From Octopus vulgaris (lineage: Eukaryota): a stretch of DNA of 64,000 bases. The stretch is taken from positions 45,756,001 through 45,820,000 of the forward strand of contig OX597820.1 of NCBI GenBank assembly GCA_951406725.2, read 5' to 3'. Below the pieces are notes generated by a model. It was given only the letters and a program-made list of their open reading frames with translations, was not told where the DNA came from and did no database searches. This document shows, piece after piece, positions 58,435 to 64,000 of the stretch. Every line of letters begins with the position of its first letter. The stretch's first letter is position 1. The translations under genes and the position numbers were made by a program.

Positions 58435-59914
58435 TATGTATGTGTGTGTGTACACACACACACACACAAAGATAAATTGTATGGGCAAACACAAATATGA
58501 GATGCTGCCTAGAGTTTTTTTTATTTTGATAAGCCTATTCTATCAGTTTCTTCTTGTGAAACGAGTAAGTTATGGGGATATAAATAAACGAACACCAGTT
58601 GAGAGGCAGTGATGAGGGAGAAACACAAAGACACACACAGATTTACGTATATACATACATATATATGCGATTGATTTCTTTCAGTTTCTGTCTACAAAAT
58701 CCACTGGTTGGTCTGAGACTATAGCAGAAGACACATGCCTAGTCACCACACAGTGGGACTGAACCCAGGACCATGTGTTTTGGATCGAAGTTTGTTACCA
58801 CACAGCCACGCCTGCACCTATGTATGTGTGTGTGGTTGTGTATGGGTGTATATATGTATGCATGTATATATGTGAATATATATGTGTACATATTACATGT
58901 ACATCTATAAGCATATACATCTACACATATACATCTATATGTATAGAAATAAATGTATACATATACAGCTATACACACATACACACACATACATAGGTGC
59001 AGGTGTGGCTGTGTGGTAACAAACTTCGTTCCAAAACACATGGTCCTGGGTTTAAATTTAAATTTAAAATAATAAGGGTGAGAAATTGAATATTAATTTG
59101 ATTAATATGAATTGAAAACCAGTGGTGTAGCATATAAGACCATAGCGGATCTTCTTCTAGCAAAATGGATGTCCACTGTTAACGGTTCATCCCTCTTATA
59201 TAATAGTTTTATTTTAATAGTTTCAGTATTAAAGTGAAAGTATCTGACATTACAATAGAAAGATGTTTTTGTTTCACTTAAACACGTAATACTGAAATAG
59301 TGGAGAAGATATGATATTACTGTGGGCTCGCCCTAGGCAAGAAGTTAGACACTACATGGACCCTAAGTAAGGCATGTGTAAAATTTGAATGAAATTGGTT
59401 GTGTAGTTCTCAAGTTTTAGGGATTCACACAGACAGACACACATTCTCAGTTTTATATATATAGATAATACGACTAAGTTGATTTCATAGATTGCTTTTT
59501 CCTTCGTATCTTCTGCTGTGAATTTTATTCAGTTTAATAATTTTGAAGAACAATCGAATTTTAAGATAGCGCCTTTATGATAGTTTGTTGACGACTTTTT
59601 CTCAATTATTAACAATTATTTGTTTACCTTTCCATTTTCTATCAATGTTGTCTGCTTACTTTGTTCGCTTTATTGTGTATATAAAGTTCGAAAGGTCGCA
59701 TACACCCACTAATATGCCACACACACTCATATATACGTATACACATATGACTATTCCGTATGCCAGCATATATCGCAAGCATTATAAACATTCCTGAATG
59801 GAACTTTTAATGATCTACGGTAATTTAAACTGAAGCATTCGTTTCTCTCTATGTTGTATAAATACATGTCATAATCTGACCCGGTACCAGCCTGTCTATC
59901 CTTTTATTCTATTA

Positions 59915-60756
59915 CTAGCAGAATTGCCCGGCGTTGCTCGGGGCTGAATTGCTTGAAAGTACTGTTAATGATTGCACTGAATTATGATGATTATTCAGGC
60001 AAATATTGATATAAGCTTACGGTGGGAGATAAGGACTTAACGATCAAACGTGTGCCATTGCATTGTTTTGGGGGAACCAAATTTCTGATGAGCATTATAG
60101 GGGCACCAACTTTAAGTTTGAGAAAGTGTGGTGGTAGTCCGGGGTGCTCAAAGGAATTGAGTACCTCTATTGGATAGTTGATGACGTCCTCTGGGTCAGG
60201 AGTTGTATCGATAGACTGATATACATAGACCTCCCCAGGAATGAGTTTTAGCATTTCATCATTAATATTGTGAACAGTTTTATTCCTCGGGGCCAGTATA
60301 GCCTTTTTTCCAATCCATATTCTGATAATTAGCTTGTAAATCTGGGAACACTGCATCTCTGAGATCAGAAGGCGTCTTAACAATGGTACAAATGGAATCG
60401 ATGGCAATATTACCATTTTCATCCCCTGGTATTTTGCCTTCGTCAAGTGCAAGGAGGGTGTGAGGAAATGCTGCTGATGTGATATTACGTCGCATATGAG
60501 CACGCATATTGGTGTGAAGTTTGAGAGTTACTTCTGTTTATTTTTTAAAATATGCATTAAAATGGAAAAAAATGATGGTAAATTATTTGTAAAATCATAG
60601 ACTCATTGTAGACGCGCGCTAATACCCAGAAGGGCTCGATATGAATCACGACTATAAGATACCCGGTTTTGGTTAAACTGCATCGCAAAATGTGGGAGTA
60701 GTTAGGAATCTAAATCGGAGTAGACAGACACACAACCTTTCTTTTATATATAAATA
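59915..60756 (-). mobile_element. Internally deleted Helitron carrying a PIF1-helicase fragment
   Basis: 3' hairpin cccgagcaacgccggg + CTAG|T; KAILAPRN..GLPPHFLKLKVGAPIMLIRNL..CNGTRL; 5' end shared with the 62274 element. Confidence 0.85.
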
Positions 60757-61077
60757 TTTTCGTCCTAAAAAACTTTGTATGGATTGAATGGTTACCTCTA
60801 TGGAAATATATACACGCACATTATACATACATGTGTGTATAGATGAATATATAAATACATTTAAATATCTATATACACTTTTGGGCGATCTCTGTGCTAC
60901 TTAGAGATAACTTTAGATCTTATTTTCGTCCTAAAAAACTTTGTGCGGAGTGAATGGTTACGTGTATGGAAATATATACACACACATTATACATACATCT
61001 GTGTATAGATGAATATATAAATACATTTAAATATCTATATACACTTTTGGGCGATCTTTCTGCTACTTGGATATAGG
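60757..61077 (+). repeat. ~165-bp tandem repeat (2 units, third started at 61512)
   Basis: tattttcgtcctaaaaaactttgt.. repeated. Confidence 0.75.
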
Positions 61078-61146
61078 GGCGATGTTTCGCTTGTCGTAGC
61101 ACACGTTTCCGTCGATTTCCGTAAAAAATGTAAACACTGAATCGGC

Positions 61147-61182
<36 letters not shown>

Positions 61183-61502
61183 TACATGCATACATACATA
61201 TACACATAAACCGAGTAAAAAATTTCAGTTATCTCTCTCTTTCACACATTACTCTCTCTGTCTCTTCACACACACTAACAGAAGCACTTCACTTACACAA
61301 CATACTGTCTGTCTCCCACACTCCATCAAACACACACACACACATGTACATCAATGCGTCCCATGCACGGTAACTTCAAAAGAACTTCCCTCGTCATACA
61401 ATCGCTTTTTCTTAGTCTCTTTCGCTCTCATTACTTATGTAAAAAAATAAGTTTTTTACGGAAATCGACGGAAACCTGTGCTACGACAAGCGAAACATCG
61501 CC
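61078..61502. mobile_element. MITE with ~52-bp GG-starting TIRs and 8-bp TSD (Merlin-like)
   Basis: TIR ggcgatgtttcgcttgtcgtagcac..; TSD gatatagg at 61070-77 and 61503-10. Confidence 0.8.
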
Positions 61503-61558
61503 GATATAGGTCTTATATTCGTCCTAAAATACTTTCCTGTCACACACTCACGCACACG

Positions 61559-61595
<37 letters not shown>

Positions 61596-62273
61596 CCTCA
61601 CACACACACACACACGCACACACACACTCACACACACGCACGTTAGCTTACAATTTTATTTATATATTTGCGTGTCTATGTGTGTAAATAGGAAGTGGCA
61701 GACTGAAAGAGTCACTCACTACAAAAGGTGAATTACTTTCATTTTATTCCTTGCACACTGTGTGTGTGCGTGTGGTGTAAAACACATTAAGAAAAGCATT
61801 TGACATACACACCAGAATGTGAGTTTTCTGTAAATTTTGCTTAATTGGAGTTTAAATTTTAAAAAGTGGACCTGGCAAAACCCGATGCATTCTACTCTTA
61901 AAAATGCTAAGTAAATTGTAATTGAAGAAATCCTATATTGTAGATTTCTATAACTGACAAAGGGAGGCAGATAAAATCTGCCTTTTATAATAAGTGATAC
62001 ACATTGCTTCAACTTATCCATAGATATCATTTTCTTCTTTTGTAAGACCAACAAGTAGAGGGATAACGCGGTAAAGGAAGACATGTCCTTAGGTATAAGG
62101 ACAAGTTGACGCAATCACTAAAATCTCTACAACTTAATTTGACATCTTGGGAAAGTTTTGCCTAGAGCGATCTTCATGGCATCAAATCTGTTATGATGCA
62201 TCAAAACAATTTGAGTTGAAGAAAGAGAGCAAGAAGAGAAAATATCCTGCAATCAACAGACATATTTGTCTAA

Positions 62274-62668
62274 TCTTTATATATAAAAGTAAGGTTGTGT
62301 GTTGTCTGTCTCCTACGATTTAGATTCCTAACTACTCCCACATTTTGCGGTGCAGTTTAACCAAAACCGGTTATCTTATAGTCGTGATTCATATCGAGCC
62401 CTTCTGTGTATTAGCGCGCGTCTACGATGAGTCTACGATTTAAAAAAAATTTACCATCAATTTTTCCCATTTTAATGCATTTTTGGCATATATAAGGGAA
62501 GTAACTCTCTAAAAATTTATTAAATCTCAGAACGTAAAAAGCTACAGTAACCCCCCCCCCCCCTTAGTGGTTAGCCATATTGAGATGGCTATTATACTTT
62601 ACATCTCTAAAAATGCATAGATAGTTATTTCCCTTACAAACCCGAGCAACGCCGGGCGATACTGCTAG
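62274..62668 (+). mobile_element. Complete non-autonomous Helitron
   Basis: A|TC start, hairpin cccgagcaacgccggg, CTAG|T end; a second Helitron-like piece (62669-62831, ending ctag) follows directly. Confidence 0.85.
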
Positions 62669-63411
62669 TCCTATATAAAATTAAAATTATCGGGGTCTCC
62701 ATTGTGACTTCAATGTAAAATCCAAACCAGAACTCAAATTACATTCACGCATCCATCGCAAATAGACGTAGGGTAGGGCAGAATTCGTGACAGACGAACT
62801 GTAGACAGAGGCTTCGCTACGGGCCAGCTAGCAAAAGAAAAGGGACTTTCGGGAGAAGAAGGAAAATAAAAAAGAATGTCAACAGTGATTGTGAAACGAA
62901 TCTGAGTGAACTAAACAGAAATAACTGACGACTTAAGCCCTGATGTACGTAAAGTAATAAACCTTTGATAAATGTATTCTCGTCTCCATTAGTTTGTTTG
63001 CGTATAGCTTAACAAAGTTATAGTAAGTTTCTTTTATTTTAAAAATCCTTTCTTTTAAACAGACATACGTCGAAATCAACAGGAGTGACCATCACACACA
63101 CACGAAGAACAGTAGCGTAGCTAGGAGTGGACAAGGTGGGGGGGGGGGGTAACTTTTGGGTTTGCTGTACAAGGTTATATATAGGAGGCATGAATGGATG
63201 GGGGAGACGTTGGGCAGCAAACTCAAGGGCTCCCTCGGGTGGCACATACTCTAGCTACAACACTGATGAAAGCATGGCTGGTTGGTTAAGAAGTTTGCTT
63301 TGCAACCACGAAGTGACTCCTTCGGCAAGTGTCTACTGCAGTAACCAAACGTAAAATTGTCCATTCGGGGGTTTCATATATGGAAACTGTGCGTAAACCT
63401 ATAGTTATATG

Positions 63412-63833
63412 GGATCTTTTCGGTTTGAACGGCAGTTTTTAACATAATTTCTAGGTAACTAAAAAATTTAAAACTTCATATACTGGTAAAATGTGTTTAT
63501 AAAACATCTTTTTCTCTTGGCTTTATGGAGAAAATTCTATTGTTTGTAAGATATTTGTTGTTGTTTTTCTTCAATTTCTGCAATTTCAACCAATCAGTGA
63601 AGTCTATTGAGGTAAAAAAACATTCTGTGCCGTATGAATATGTCCCTCGTTTAAGAAACAGATTGGGTTTATTTACATTTGTGAAGAAAAAAAGATACCC
63701 TTCCCCCCATCCCTAACTAACTCAAACCCTAAAACAGATTGAAATGCAATAGATCGATACTAGGGTCATAATTATGGGTGACAATTTCATATGACACCGC
63801 TAGAAAAAACTGCCGTTCGAACCGAAAAGATCC
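63412..63833. mobile_element. MITE (Merlin-like) with 8-bp TSD gttatatg
   Basis: TSD at 63404-11 and 63834-41; TIRs ggatcttttcggtt. Confidence 0.82.
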
Positions 63834-64000
63834 GTTATATGTGTGTGTGTGTGTCTTTGAGTTTGTCTCTCACTGCTTCGCAATTGGTGTTTGTTTGTTT
63901 ACGTACCCAGCAAAAAAGTGACATTTAAAATTATGACCTGACTTAGTCAATTTGATTGAACCGCTCAGGTGGCGTCTCAGCATAGCCGCAATCTAAAGAC

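Noticed and set aside
59991-60507. Host PIF1 helicase gene
   Set aside because: Frameshifted fragment bounded by Helitron termini

Overview
Eukaryotic, AT-rich DNA dense in microsatellites and SINEs; the repeat landscape looks like a coleoid cephalopod (Octopus-like), which is an inference. The main gene is a minus-strand hexosaminidase D (HEXD/HEXDC, GH20). I reconstructed it as 14 coding exons (50758->15440, 478 aa; all GT-AG, all phases compatible), with a probable non-coding first exon near 54.7 kb and a probable 3'-UTR intron. Mobile DNA includes a full-length dead mariner, a DD37D/maT element split by a ~7.8 kb inversion, a near-intact CR1-clade LINE with a candidate -1 frameshift signal, RTE fragments, Helitrons, Merlin-like and piggyBac-like MITEs, and many tRNA-derived SINEs. 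The strongest hidden signal is a set of at least four families of non-coding elements carrying hammerhead ribozyme motifs (retrozyme or Penelope pseudo-LTR-like). Most sit in (TA)n tracts, several as head-to-head inverted tandem structures. One family has an unusual 43-nt insertion in stem II, and one joins a tRNA-like head to a hammerhead tail. Most short ORFs in the supplied track are microsatellite or SINE artefacts.
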